A stretch of DNA of 64,000 nucleotides, from NCBI GenBank assembly GCA_050273025.1, contig CP158635.1, forward strand, positions 8,804,001 to 8,868,000. Reading direction: 5' to 3'. Under the pieces are notes generated by a model, which made no database searches, was not told where the DNA came from, and saw only the letters and a program-made list of their open reading frames with translations. How positions within the stretch are numbered: position 1 is the stretch's first letter; every line of letters begins with the position of its first letter. Source of the DNA: Cenococcum geophilum. Its lineage: Eukaryota. Made by a program: the position numbers and the translations under genes. Of the stretch, positions 25,660 through 38,100 are shown piece after piece.

Positions 25660-27450
25660 GTAGCGGGTTCTGCCTGTGGCTTATATAGAGTATAAGCATA
25701 ATATACGTAACGGAAGGAACCAAACTTACTAGAGCTCTTACCTCTACTATAATAGCCTATTGGCTTTTTGCTTGCTGGTGCTAAATATTAGCTATATATA
25801 TATAGGGTATATATAAGATAAGCTTACCCCTTTAGCGGTGGGTAGACGGCGAGGGGGACTCCTCGTAGTTGTCTGGTGGGGTTGGGCCGCGCTATATATA
25901 TAGTTAGCGTATACTAAATATATACAGGTGAAATATTGACCCTACGTTTTAAGCCGGTGGAGGGAGTAAACAGGCTGACGCGCTGTTTCTCTTTTATTAG
26001 TATACGCCTAGCATAAGTACGCGTTAACCTATAGTTAGTAGAAGACAATGGGGGTTTATATATATGAAGTATATGCGTATATAAGCTAGCAATATAACCA
26101 AGTAGTGGTTTTAGTAATGTATATGTAGGGCCTATATAAAGTCAGACTTTGCTAGTCTCCTAAATATAAAGATAAGCGTTTATTTCCGAATTGGGTAGTA
26201 ATTCTAGCGGTAGCTGTGCTTGTTCCTTATATACGCTACCCTTAGGCCTATAAGTACCCTTAGGTCTAAAATTAAACTTAGGGGGAATAAGTATATATAT
26301 AGATAGATAGATAGATATATTAGGGTATAGTGCGCATATATAGAAGCGACACAAGTGCTCTTACCTTGCGATGGAATTGCCTGCCAAATTAGGTAGTAAA
26401 CCCCTGGTCTTAAGCACTGTATTTAGTTAGATTATACTAGATATATACTCTGAAATTCTTAACCCTAAAGGGCTACGGCTGTGTGTAGTGTTAGTACTAT
26501 ATATATAGTGCATGTACAAACCTACCTGGGCTTATATAGGTACCTAGTATTTCGCCAGCCACTAAAGAGAACGAAACGCTTTAGGGCGCTGCGTTATATT
26601 AGCGTTGTATATACATAGCATATACTAGGTATATACTTCTCCCCCGTAATTAACTCCGCAGCTAACATGTTGGTAGTAGGAGGGTTGGTTACTACATATA
26701 GTAAGTATATACCTTTAGTAAACTGCACAGTAATATATACGGGTACTAATATACTCGTTGCGGATATAGCAGCGGTACTATAACTCTATTAGTAGGATGT
26801 AGATACTATATATATACAGAATATATATTAGGCTAGGCCGTAAAGACCTAGCCGCATATCTGCGTGCTATTTACTATAATATCGCAGCTATATTTATTGT
26901 TAGCATATACTGTATATAAGGTATAAATATGCGACCTATACTATAGAGTTAATAGTAGATAGCGCGGAGGTAGGGTTAGGTAGATTTAGTTTACGCTTAG
27001 TATATGCGTACTTTTTGCGTAGAGCCTTTCCGGTACCTACTTACGTTGTTTTAGATAGTTATAGCTGGGGCTGTAAGGTTAGTATATGCTATAGGTATAC
27101 GGCTTTAGATTTACGTACGCCTTTTACCTACTACTGCTATGGCGGCGCATACTTTATCTACTATAAGCATATACTTTGTATACGCGTTCTCTATAACTAG
27201 TATTACCTAGTTAGGGTTAGGGTTAGGGATCGGGCCTATATACTTCTATTAATATATACTTCTTCTAGGTATATACGAAGCATATACTTACTATAGTAGT
27301 ACCTAAAGGCGCTAGGGTTAGTGGCACCGGCCACCTACGGATTGTTAAAGTCTGTAATTATAAGGCTTATAGTGAGTATAGGCTAAGCGTATACCAAAGT
27401 AAAATTAAGATATTAATGTTGCTTTAGCTAGATGTTAGCATATACAGCGC
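25660..27450 (-). pseudogene. Second, convergent multi-exon gene of the TIR element (unknown function)
   Basis: Repeated minus-strand intron signals (cta..ttagc..cttac on the plus strand) alternating with short GC-richer, Pro-rich exons. Confidence 0.45.
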
Positions 27451-27469
27451 TTATATAGTAGTAAGTTCT

Positions 27470-28445
27470 TTGATTAACGTCTGATACGGATCCTATCTAG
27501 GCCCACGCAGACTACTCTGTACACAAGGGAAACTTATAAATTGATAAGAAGAAAACCCTTGTTGATATAGGGGATGGAAAAACCCTATGAGCCACCTCAG
27601 TAGGATGAAAAACCCCTATTTTGCTATGTCTGTCCGTAGCGGCGGCCCTGCGGGCCTACGGCTACGTCTTGTCCTCCTTGGATGATTCGAACTCCTTGGG
27701 AACCACTGCTTCCTTTACCAGGACATACAGTCCTTGCCTGATTTGATCGCTGTACTGTTATTTCCTATATCTTGGCCATCTCCTGTGTGCTATCTCTTGT
27801 TTAACCATTGCCATATACGCTATGCCTCCCCCCCCCCTAAGGCCTATTAAAGGCGTAAGGGGGATTTATCTATAAACTACTACTATACCATACTATGAGG
27901 CGAGCGGGACGTGTATACCTGGGTATCTTTTGTGCCTAGGCCCTAGTTACTAGGCCCTCGCTAAGGGTCACCACTCCTTGAGAGGAGATAGGAAAACCGT
28001 ACGGTGTCGTCCAGGCTGCCAGGTTTTTTTTTTGGTATTCGATAGTTAATGGCGAGTGACCGCATGCTCCGCGGGCGATCGCCCTGGGGGTTAGGAGGGG
28101 CCGTATATTTGCTCGTTGCTCGTCCGTTCGCAATAGCTCGTTCGTTAATAGGAGGTCGTTGATGCTTTCTATTGGGGGTCGGGGGATGCTATCGAATGCC
28201 GCGCATCTATGTTGGATTGTATAGGTGCTTAGCAGGGGAACAGTAATGGCTGTATTGTGTGAAGGGGTACCGTCTATAGTGGTTTTCGAGATCTCACTAT
28301 CCCGTGTGAAAACTTTTTACTACGCCCCACGACTATATAACCACCACCAGGCCCACCAACACGCTGTGCGACGTCTCTGCGTTGGCTCTGGATAAGATCT
28401 AGGTTCGTAGCCGTCACCACGTATAGGTGCAGAGTCCGATTTTGA
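27470..28445 (-). other. Weakly RIPped island with a possible short ORF and 3' hairpin
   Basis: CA/TG content clearly higher than the flanks; ORF fragment 27936-28133 extendable through RIP stops; hairpin ccgtag..ggccc tgc gggcc tacgg at ~27634-27661. Confidence 0.4.
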
Positions 28446-29019
28446 CGGCCTATAGCGCTTATATATAGGCTATATAGTATATACTTGTGGCGTATGCTGT
28501 GGTATTATAGAGAAGTTCTAGTGCGACCGCCATTATTGTGGATATATAACGCGTATACACGGTCCATATTTTAATAACTTAGCTCACTTACTTTATGCGG
28601 TTACTAGTAGGATATATATGCCCCACATATGCAAGCTACGCGTTATTTAATATTTACGATTTATTAAATACCGGAAATTATTAAGCACTATGAATTTTTA
28701 TTAAAAATTAAAATTATTTTATATATACGCTATATATGCAGAAACTTAGTAGGGTTAGAAGCTAAGTATAGTTAGAAAGGTTCTAACCCTATTAAACTTT
28801 ATAACCTTACCGAGTTTTTCTATAACCTTGCCAAGCTATAAGCCTAGCTCTACGTATAGAGGCTCTACACGAAGCTTCGTATTAGGTCCCCACTATATTC
28901 CCAATAGCCTCTATATATGCCTCTGCTAAGTATACCCCTTATATACACCTAGGTAGCCACCTTATTTTTTACCCTTCCTTATATCCTCCCTACCTAGGAA
29001 GATACCAGAACGATAGGTA

Positions 29020-29170
29020 ATAGACGACTATTACTGGAGCTAGACAACCGTCAGAGCTAAACAACCGTTATTAAAGCTAGACGACCGTCGCCGGAGCTAG
29101 ATAACCGTTGCTAGAGCTAAACAACCGTCGTTATCGCTATATGACCGTCGCCAGAGCTATATAACAACCG
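29020..29170. repeat. ~22-bp minisatellite (agacgaccgtcgccggagct-type, ~7 units)
   Basis: Directly visible. Confidence 0.85.
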
Positions 29171-29231
29171 TTTAAACAACTAGCTAGCGAATATAATAAA
29201 CAATTCGATTAATTGATTAAATTAAGGTAAT

Positions 29232-29424
29232 ATAGACAGGTAGGCATAGATAGGTAGGGATAGATGGGTAGGTATAGATAGACAGACAGATAGATAGATA
29301 GGTAGATAGGTAAGTAGGTAGGTAGATAGGTAGGTAGGTAGGTAGATAGGTAGGTAGGTAGGTAGGTAAGTAAGTAGGCAGGCAGGCAGGTAGGTAGGTA
29401 AGTAGGTTAGTAGGTAGGCAGGTA
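29232..29424. repeat. (TAGG/TAGA/CAGG)n tetranucleotide tract
   Basis: Directly visible. Confidence 0.9.
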
Positions 29425-29534
29425 GAAGAGAACCGTCGCTATATTATATTAAATTATCTAAAATAATATAATTTATTTTGCACTAACTGCGTAGGAAGAG
29501 TAATACTTATTTATTGCTTAAAGTAAGTAAGATA

Positions 29535-29742
29535 TATAGAATGCGCGAGAAGGGTATTATATACAGAATGTGTAAGAAGGGCATTATGTACAGAATGCGC
29601 GAGAAGGGTATTATATATAGAATGCGCGAGAAGGGCATTATGTATAGAATGCGCGAGAAGGGCATTATATACAGAACGCGCGAGAAGGGCATTATATACA
29701 GAATGCGCGAGAAGGGCATTATGTACAGAATACGCAAAATGT
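29535..29742. repeat. 27-bp minisatellite (agaatgcgcgagaagggcattatgtac, ~7.5 units)
   Basis: Directly visible; explains three overlapping 9-aa-repeat ORFs. Confidence 0.95.
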
Positions 29743-29959
29743 GTAATTAGCTGCACTGCATTGTTAAATATAGTAGTATATAGTAGTATGCCGCACTATA
29801 TTATTAAATATAGCAGTATACTACACTGTATTATTAAATGCAGTAGTATGCCGCACCTTAGTTAATACTATACGCTACACATTATAGTGCGCGGAATGCG
29901 CATTTGGCCGCCAAATGCTGCTAAATGCTGTAAAAATGCTGGTAAATTTTTTCCTAACG

Positions 29960-30073
29960 TATTAGGCAACCACTCCACCAGTTATTATTACGTTGTTAAC
30001 TTTAATTTGCATTACCTATATACCTAGCCTAATAACGAGCCTACCGTAGTACCTACTATAAGGTTCCGTTACA
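29960..30073 (+). repeat. B1 3' LTR, piece 3
   Basis: Matches 5920-6032; ends gttaca, followed by TSD ctaag. Confidence 0.93.
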
Positions 30074-30119
30074 CTAAGGACTTTAAATTACTTATTACTA
30101 CTATCTTTGGGGAATATAA

Positions 30120-30230
30120 ACGTATATATAAACGCTATATAAACGCCTATATAAAGCTCTGCTTAAAGCTCTACTTAAAGCTCTATACGGAGCTCTACTT
30201 AAAGCTCTGCTTAAAGCTTTATATAAAGAG
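30120..30230. repeat. 12-bp repeats (aaagctctgctt-type) in the backbone
   Basis: About 6-8 degenerate units. Confidence 0.75.
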
Positions 30231-30952
30231 ACCTATAGTGCGATTAAGGACGTTACGGGTATCTATTTAGAGCCGTTACTCTCGCTCTATCCTATAACCT
30301 TTTTAATTTTAAGTATCCAGTATCTAATATAGTAGCAGCTGTTTTGGTATTTTATTTAACCTTTTACCTCTCTATATAACGCGTTTTTATAACGACATAT
30401 TATAGGTTAGCTTAAATATCTATTACTTAGTGGTTAGCATATAATAAGGTTTAGAGGGAGATTATTTAGTATAATATAGATATTATATATCCACCTAGCT
30501 ATAGTAGGTGCCTTAAGGTACCTATTGTAAATCTATATAGGTTTTATATATACTAGTTAGCGTTTAATAAAATTATATAAAGTTCTATAATCCTTAATAA
30601 CGCGTTTTTTGGCGAAAATAAGTATAAGACTTAAGAATACCTAAGTAATAAAAATAATATAGCCTAAAAGCCTAGGTTCTATTATATAATTAATAAACTT
30701 TAAAAAAGGATATAAAATACTAGTATTAAGTTATTTTAATATCCGTAACCTCTATAATATAGATATTATTAGAGCGCGTAATAAACGTTATAAATATTGC
30801 TTAGATATAATTCTAGTGGTTTTATATAAATATAGTTAGTTAGCTTATAGACTAATTAAAAATCCATACTAACAGAATTACGTTTAAGCTTGCTAAAGTA
30901 ATAGACCTTTTACTTTAGCAACCTTATTACCTAATTCTATTAGTACTTATCT

Positions 30953-32905
30953 TAGTAAGTGACTTAAATAGTAAGGATAGTATGGAGAATAGAGCAGAAA
31001 TAGAGTTCTCTTTCCTATTTAGGAAAAGCGTGGTTTTAAGCGCTAAGACCCTACTAAAATCTACTTAGTTAACTCGATTAAAGCTTTTAATACTAATATA
31101 TTATCTATATAGCTTTTAAAACGTAGTGTTTTAGTATCTAAAGTTTACCTAATTAGTCTCGTTCTACTACACCTTATATTTTATAAGCTTTTGAGATTTT
31201 TAAGGCCTTATTGCCTCTATTAACTTTAGCTTTTTACCTAGCTTTTTACCTAGCTCTCTATCCATTCTACTACCTAATTACGATTATTTCTTTAGGGTCC
31301 TTGGCTATAGAGCTATTAACTTATAATTTAGCTAGGGCCTTAGGTATTTTAACGTCGATTTAAAATAACTAAATTAACTAATTTTTGCCACTCTTCCTTG
31401 GTAATCTTCTTAATTTCCTCTATTCCCTCTCTATAATCGTTACCTCCTTTAAGTTCTATAACCTTCTTAATATAGCAAAAGATCCTCTTAATCTACTACT
31501 AAATTTGCCACTACTTAAGATCTTACTAAGCTTTAAGTTAAGCCTTCTCTACAGCTACATAAAAGGTAAGTAGGCCTCTTTTTATAGTAGTTTATTTTAG
31601 GTAGCTCTAATAGGGCTTAATTATATTTAAATTAGGCGAATTACCTAGCTAAAGAATATATTAAATCTTATAAACTTTAAAGTAGGTTTAGTAAATCTTT
31701 GTAATATAAGAAGTAGCTTTATCTTCCTATATAATTATATTAGGATTTAAGCATATAAGGCTTTAAGTAAAAAGAAGAAGTTTTAGCAGTAAGATATTTG
31801 TTAAATATCGCTATTAATTAATTCTACCTCTATATAATTGGGTAAAAGCTCTATATACTACCGTAAACTTCTATTTAATAGGTGCCCTACCTATATGCCT
31901 TTTATAACGTAGTTTATATAAATCTCTTTTATAGGCTTATTTCTTTTTCTAGGCCTTATACGCCTCTAGCTTTAGAGCTTTATTCCAGATCTTAATATAG
32001 ATTTTAACTTATTAAATTCTTTTTTTTATTTAGGGCTTCTAAATATAATAAGGGCCTTTAAAGTTATATATAAAGCAACCCTAGAATATAAACTTAAAGT
32101 ACCCCTCTTACCGCTTTTATACGTAGCTGCATATATAGGCCTTATAGAATTATCGCTATGCTTAGTAGCCCCCTTAATAGTGGCTTAAGATAATACTTGT
32201 TTTATTTAACTAAATTATAGCCTTTTAATCTTCTAAGGTCTAGTAGTAGTAGGCTAATATAAATCTTTATTTTTTATTTTTATAGCTGCAGTTAATTTAG
32301 GCTTTTTATTAGCTTTATCTTATAGAAGCCGTGCTTTTTAAGTATAGTTTAAATAAACGCTATAAAGATTCCTATTTCTTAGGCGATTTTTTAGCTGCTT
32401 TTTTTACGTCTATAATAATTGTATATAACGGCGTTAATAACTTTCTGCTTAATATTAGGGGTAATCTTTTTAGTATGCCCTACGCGGGGCTTATTCTTAA
32501 GGTAGTTATTAAAGAGGGCCTAATCTATACGCTAACCATTTTCTACTACCTTTTTTAATAGGTTATTAATGTGCTTGCCGCTAATCCTAATAACTTAAGT
32601 AATTAGTTCTAGGGGTGTACCTAAAGCCTTTATTATTATGGCCTGCGCCTTTATTATAAGGCCATAGTAAGGCATTTTAGGCTTAAAGAATAGTAAGGGA
32701 AAATAGTAGAAGGTATATAGAGGACATTATAAGCGATTAAATAAGTAGATTCTATTTAAAAGTTGGTATATATTTGCTTTTTACAAGCTTGAAGTTAAAA
32801 TTTTAGTATATTTAGGTGTAGTTTTAGCATTAAACTACACTTTTCCTAAATAGGAAGGAGAAAACTCTTTCTACTCCGTTCTCTGTACTTAAGGCGCACT
32901 TACTA
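30953..32905 (-). mobile_element. Tc1-like DNA transposon (~1.95 kb)
   Basis: Imperfect ~90-bp TIRs (tagtaagtg..ttcctatttaggaaaag / cttttcctaaataggaa..cacttacta) enclosing a transposase; exact TSD ambiguous. Confidence 0.85.
31350..32675 (-). pseudogene. Tc1-family DDE transposase
   Basis: ATG 32675; de-RIPped KPRAGR.KKIT, KTKPTKKP.LT, WTLEDWKAVIWSDETSV, FMFWGCF, VQEDKAPSH, WPGNSPDLNAIEPCW. Confidence 0.9.
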
Positions 32906-33347
32906 ATACTAAAATATTACTAGTCTCTGTCTAAGAGAACGTCATTTTCTTTTAACTAATTAGCTCTTTACTAACCTTAGGTCTACCCCGCCGTCTAAGG
33001 GCCTATAGTATACTACGGTATTAGGTATAAGTTTCGTTAGTATAATAGCATTTTTAGCTTATAGGGGTAACCTTATAAGCTGGTTTTAAATCTAAATTAC
33101 ATACTACCACTTTGTATGGCCTTTATTCGCCTTAATAACATCCTTATAACGTTTCTTTATACTTTAGATAAGCTCTTTTAGCTAGTATTCCGTAATAGAT
33201 TCCCATACCTCCTTAACCGCTACTTAAAGCTAGTTATATAAGAGCTAAATATCTCTATACTTATTAATAATATAGTCCTTTATCCAGTTCCAAATAGTCT
33301 TAATTAAATTTTAATCCGGTAGGTATGCTAGCTAAAATATTTAAACT

Positions 33348-33767
33348 TGTTACGGACGCTTTAAGTATAATATTACAACTACTAGAAGAGGAGCTGAAAG
33401 CAGCTAGTTGGTTAATTAAGGCATGGTCTAGAATGGAGCCGATAGAACTATGTAACGAGGAATGGTAACTAAGGTTATATAACGTACTATATATTAAATA
33501 AGAGGAACAAGAGGAATTTACGTACCTTATATATAAGACGTACTTTACGTATAAGGAGGATTTCTTAAGAGTACGGTTGTGTATTTAAAGGACTATAGTC
33601 CCTACCTAGATGGTTCTTCTCCTTATAGTAAATCTTAGAATATAATTAAAGTTAATCTATTAGGTAACTACTCTATTAGTTATTATTACGTTATTAACTT
33701 CTTGTTTACCTATATACCCAGCCTATTAATAAGTCTACCGTAGTTCCTACTATAATGCTTTATTATA
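33348..33767 (+). repeat. 5' LTR of B2
   Basis: Homologous to the other B LTRs. Confidence 0.93.
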
Positions 33768-34706
33768 TATTTACTATTAAGGTTATAGTATTAATAAAGT
33801 TAAATAATATGCCACTAAAAGTAGTAGCTATAATGGCGTCTATAGCGGCGACTACCTTAGAATTAGGTAATAATACTAGTATAGTAGATACTAACTCGTA
33901 ACTAGTTACTATTAGATAGCTATAGGAAATAGTTAATTAATTAACAGATAATAATAAAATACTTAAAGAAAGGATTAATGGGATCGGAGTAGCTAAGGTT
34001 AAGTTACCCTTAATTAAGCGATTCTTAGGAGAGAAGTTAAAGCTTAAGGGATTCCTTATATAAATGTACTTTAAGGTTATATAGGAAGGAGTAAAGCTAG
34101 GAACGCCTATAGATTAAGTCGCATATATAGGATTATTCTTAATAGGAAGGGCACTTAAGTGGTTTAAGCCTTACCTTACGGAGGTATAGGAGTATAGTAT
34201 AACGACTACTAACTAGGAGGTATAATATATATTCTTAAGTTAGAACGGGTTCGCGGAATAATTAATATAAATATTTAAAGACCTGGAGGTAACTACTATA
34301 GTAAAAAGAAAGCTTTAAACCCTAGTATAAAGGACTTTAGTAATTAAATATATAACGTAGTTTTAAATATTGGTAATATAAGTTAAATAGAATAATAAGG
34401 CGCTTATAGTATAGTATAAGCAAGGACTTAAAGCGAAAGTCTAAGATATAATTATCCTAATAGAAGATACGGAGACTCTTAGGGATTTAATTAATTAAGT
34501 AATTAAAATTAATAATAGGATCTACTAAAGAGAGCAGACTAAAAAGGGTTAAAATAGAGTTCTATAGTTATATAAGGCGTAGGGTACGCAATAATAAAGT
34601 TAAACTTAGAAACTATAGTATAGCGTAGAGCTAATAAACCTAAGCAGTACTAAAGAAAATAAGAAATAAAATAAACGACTATAGAAACCTAGAGGATAAG
34701 GATTAA

Positions 34707-35126
34707 TATTACGGACGCTTTAAGTACAATGTTATAACTACTTAGAGAGGAGTCGGAAGAAGCTAGTTAGTTAATTTAGGCATAGTCTAAAATAGAGCCA
34801 ATAGAGCTATATAACGAGGATTAGTAGCTAAGGTTATATAACATAATCTATATAATCTATATAATCTATAGAATCTATAATAGAGCGAATAGAGTATACG
34901 TACCTTACGTATAAAGGGGATTTCTTAGGAGTACGGTTGTGTATTTAAAGGACTACAGTCCTTACCTAAATAGTTCTCTCCTTTGTAGTAAATCTTAGAA
35001 TATAATTAGAGTTAATCTATTAGGTAACCACTCCACTAGTTATATTTATATTGTTAACTATTCTATACCTATATACCTAGCCTATTAATAAGTCTACCGT
35101 AGTTCCTACTATAAGGCTTTATTATA
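34707..35126 (+). repeat. 5' LTR of B3
   Basis: Direct repeat of 42887-43297. Confidence 0.95.
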
Positions 35127-35165
35127 TATTTACTACTAAGGTTACGGTAAAGGAAGTTAAATAAC

Positions 35166-38100
35166 ATACTACTAAAAGTAGTAGCTACGACGGCGTCTAC
35201 AGCGGCGACTACCTTAGGATTAGATAAAGATACTAGTATAGCAGATACTAACTCGTAATTAGTTACTGTTAAACAGCTATAAAAAATAGTTAATTAATTA
35301 ATAGATAATAATAGGATACTTAAAGAAAGGATTAATGGGATCGGAGCGGCTAAGATTAAGTTACCCTTAATTAAGCAATTCTTAGGAGAGAAGTTAAAGC
35401 TTAAGGGATTCCTTATATAAATGCACTTTAAGGTTATATAGGAAGGAGTTAAACTAGGAACGCCTATAGATTAAGTCGCTTATATAGGATTATTCTTAAC
35501 GGGAAAGGCACTTAAGTAGTTTAAATCTTACCTTACGGAGGTATAGGAACACGGTATAATAACTACTAACTATAAGGTATAGTATATATTCTTAAGTTAA
35601 AACGGGTTTATAGAACGATTAATATAAATATTTAAAAACCTAAAGGTAACTACTACGGTAGAAAGAAAGCTTTAAAACCTAGTATAAAGGACTTTAGTAA
35701 TTAAATACACGACATAGTTTTAAATATTGGTAATATAGGTTAAATGGAATAATAAGGCGCTTATAGTATAGTATAAATAAGGACTTAAGGCGAAAGTCTA
35801 GGACGTAATTATCCTAATAGAAGATACGGATACTTTTAGGGATTTAATTAATTAAGTAATTAAAATTAATAATAGGATCTACTAAAGAGAGTAGACTAAG
35901 AAGGGTTAGGATAGAGTTCTATAGTTATATAAGGCGTAGGGTACGCAACAATAAAGTTAAAGTTAAAAACTATAGTATAGCGCAGAGCTAATAGACCTAA
36001 GTAGTTCTAAAGAATCTAAGAAATAGAGTAAGAAATTATAGAAACCTAGAGGATAAGGATTAAGTAATTAAAGGTCTAAGGAGTAGAGGCTAAACTAGGG
36101 ATCTTAGTAGTAAAAGACGTTTAGGCGGACTCTATAGCAAGAAAAATGGTCTAAAGAAGGGGCTTATATAAATTGCTGAAAATAGGGTTATTACGGTAAA
36201 GACTATAGAAGTAGTTAAAGTTACTATATAGTAAAAGAAACAAGACTAGTAGATAATATATATATAGAGGGATAATAATATGCTATAAGGAACAAAAGAG
36301 TATTTAATTAAAAGTTTTATGTTTTATTATAATAACGTATACTAAATTTATAAGGATGCTAAGTAAGGCGCAAGCTATTAGCTATAGGAGCTAAAATTAT
36401 TAAAGTTTAAAGGAACTAACGAACTAGTTTATAAATCGGATATTAAGGATAATAAATTTAATATAGGTAAAATATTCCGTAATAATAAGGTAATAAGGGC
36501 AGCTTACTAAAAGTATATAGACCTTAGAGATATTATATAAGAGGTAGAGGATAATTCCACTATAGAATAGGGAATATTAGTAGGGATTAAGACCCCACTA
36601 AATATAATATCTATCGCTTTATAAGATGTAAGAGAAGTAGGATAATAAACTACTTTGGCACTTAATAAAGGCAAAAAGCTAAAGGCTTAAGATTTTTAAA
36701 ATAAGATATAAGACGACTAAGATTCTTAAGGCGGGATAAGGTAAGCTTAAGGACCTATAACAGACGATAACTGATAAAGTAGGGTAATGGCTTAGTTTAG
36801 TAATATATAAATAAGCTTAAAACGAAGTTTCCTAAAGATATATAACTCTTAAGATAAGATAAGTAAGATTTAAGACTTTTAAGATAAGATAAGGATACTA
36901 TAAAAGCCTAGTTAGACTAAGGCTGGAGTAAAGCTTAAGATAGAAGTAAGCTTAGGATTAAAAATCCTATAGGACTAAAATTTTAGTAATAGAATAAGAA
37001 CTACTAAAGAAATTGCGAGTAAGGCTTAGTAATAAGATTAAAATATTAATACTAAGATTAAGAAGTAAGAGGACTTTAAGGATCTACTTATAAGGTAAAA
37101 ACCAAAAGAAACTATAAAGGAATTTAGATAAAGAATTATCGCATAGTAAGAATAGAAACTAGATAAGAGATTTAGTACGCTAGGTTATATAAGGGATAGA
37201 GCACCTATATAAAGAATTACTAATAGGCCTAGAGTAGGCATACTAAAAGCTAAGTGGCTTACTAAATTGGAAAATAAAGAGGATTTAGGGATCTCTACTA
37301 GGTTCGAAAAACGATATATAAAAGGCTGTTACAATATAGTAATAAGAAGATACTTCCTTACGGATAAGCTATATATACTTTAGCAGCTATACTAAAAGTG
37401 GTATAGGCAACGATATAATGATAAGTGGGAAGATTTCTATATATAGTTAGATGAATAAGTTATCTAAAACCACCTAATTATAGAAAAGGCTATAACTTAT
37501 ATTAAAGGAGCCTTAATTATAATATTAAAGGATCTAAAGGAATAATTAGAGGACTAGAGAAGCAAGAGACGCATCTTAGTACCTATAAATAAGGTTATAA
37601 CGTTTAGATTAGTATAATAAAGGTTTAAACTTAAAGATAAGGACGAGTTAAGAGTTAACCTAAAGCACCTAGTATACTATACGCTATTATAGATTATATA
37701 TAGATGATATATATAAAATATATAAAAATCTAAAAGAAAAGAATTAAAAAATACTTTATAAGGATGTATTAGGCATTAGAGGAGTAATAATATAGAAATG
37801 CCAAATATATATATATAGATAGTATTTAATAGAAGTTTAAGAGTTAGGAGACTTAATACTTTAACTAAAAGGATTTCTTATAGAAGAATACTTAGATAAA
37901 TAATAGTAGTAGGAATTCCTAGAGAATATATATCTATAGTATATTAAAGACAAAAAGCGAACTAGGTATTGGCTAAAAAGTAAGCTAAGTATAATAGGAT
38001 TAAGTAGCTAATAGTTAGAAAAAGTAGAGGCCTATAGGACTAAGGGGAGCTAGTAGTAAAGCCTTAAACCCTTAAAGGAATTTAAGGATAATACCTAAAT

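Larger units (their letters stand above)
21027..29959 (+). mobile_element. 8.9-kb TIR DNA transposon with TA TSD and Mutator-like transposase
   Basis: TIRs (cg>ta)ttaggaaaaaatttactagcat / atgctggtaaattttttcctaacg; TA at 21025-21026 and 29960-29961; removal restores the LTR sequence gttaatcta|ttagg; subterminal agcattt/aaatgct motifs. Confidence 0.9.
5610..30073 (+). mobile_element. Ty3/Gypsy chromovirus family B, copy B1: full-length, host of five nested insertions
   Basis: 5' LTR starts tgttacggacg (5610) and 3' LTR ends ccgttaca (30073); 5-bp TSD ctaag at 5605-5609 and 30074-30078; gag-PR-RT-RH-IN-chromo order. Confidence 0.95.
30235..33347 (+). pseudogene. Backbone gene of unknown family, interrupted by the Tc1-like element and cut by B2
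   Basis: Coherent de-RIPped reading ITFELAEVMDLSL..PSVLI | TKILLVSVQENVIFFQ..PSEGLW..AIAFSA on both sides of 30953-32905; intron signals upstream. Confidence 0.45.

Noticed and set aside
27211..27228. (TTAGGG)3 telomere-like repeat
   Set aside because: Only three units, internal, and next to gatcggg; more simply a RIP-converted tcaggg (Pro-Asp codon) run in the minus-strand gene
27565..27620. Hammerhead-ribozyme-like atgag...gaaa arrangement
   Set aside because: The CUGANGA core is incomplete and stems I/III cannot be formed with a proper NUH site
27680..27790. Pol III B-box-like gagttcgaatc on the minus strand (tRNA/SINE)
   Set aside because: No cloverleaf, poor A-box, and the sequence also reads as part of an ORF
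29507..29756. Three overlapping 9-aa-repeat ORFs
   Set aside because: Translation of a 27-bp tandem repeat
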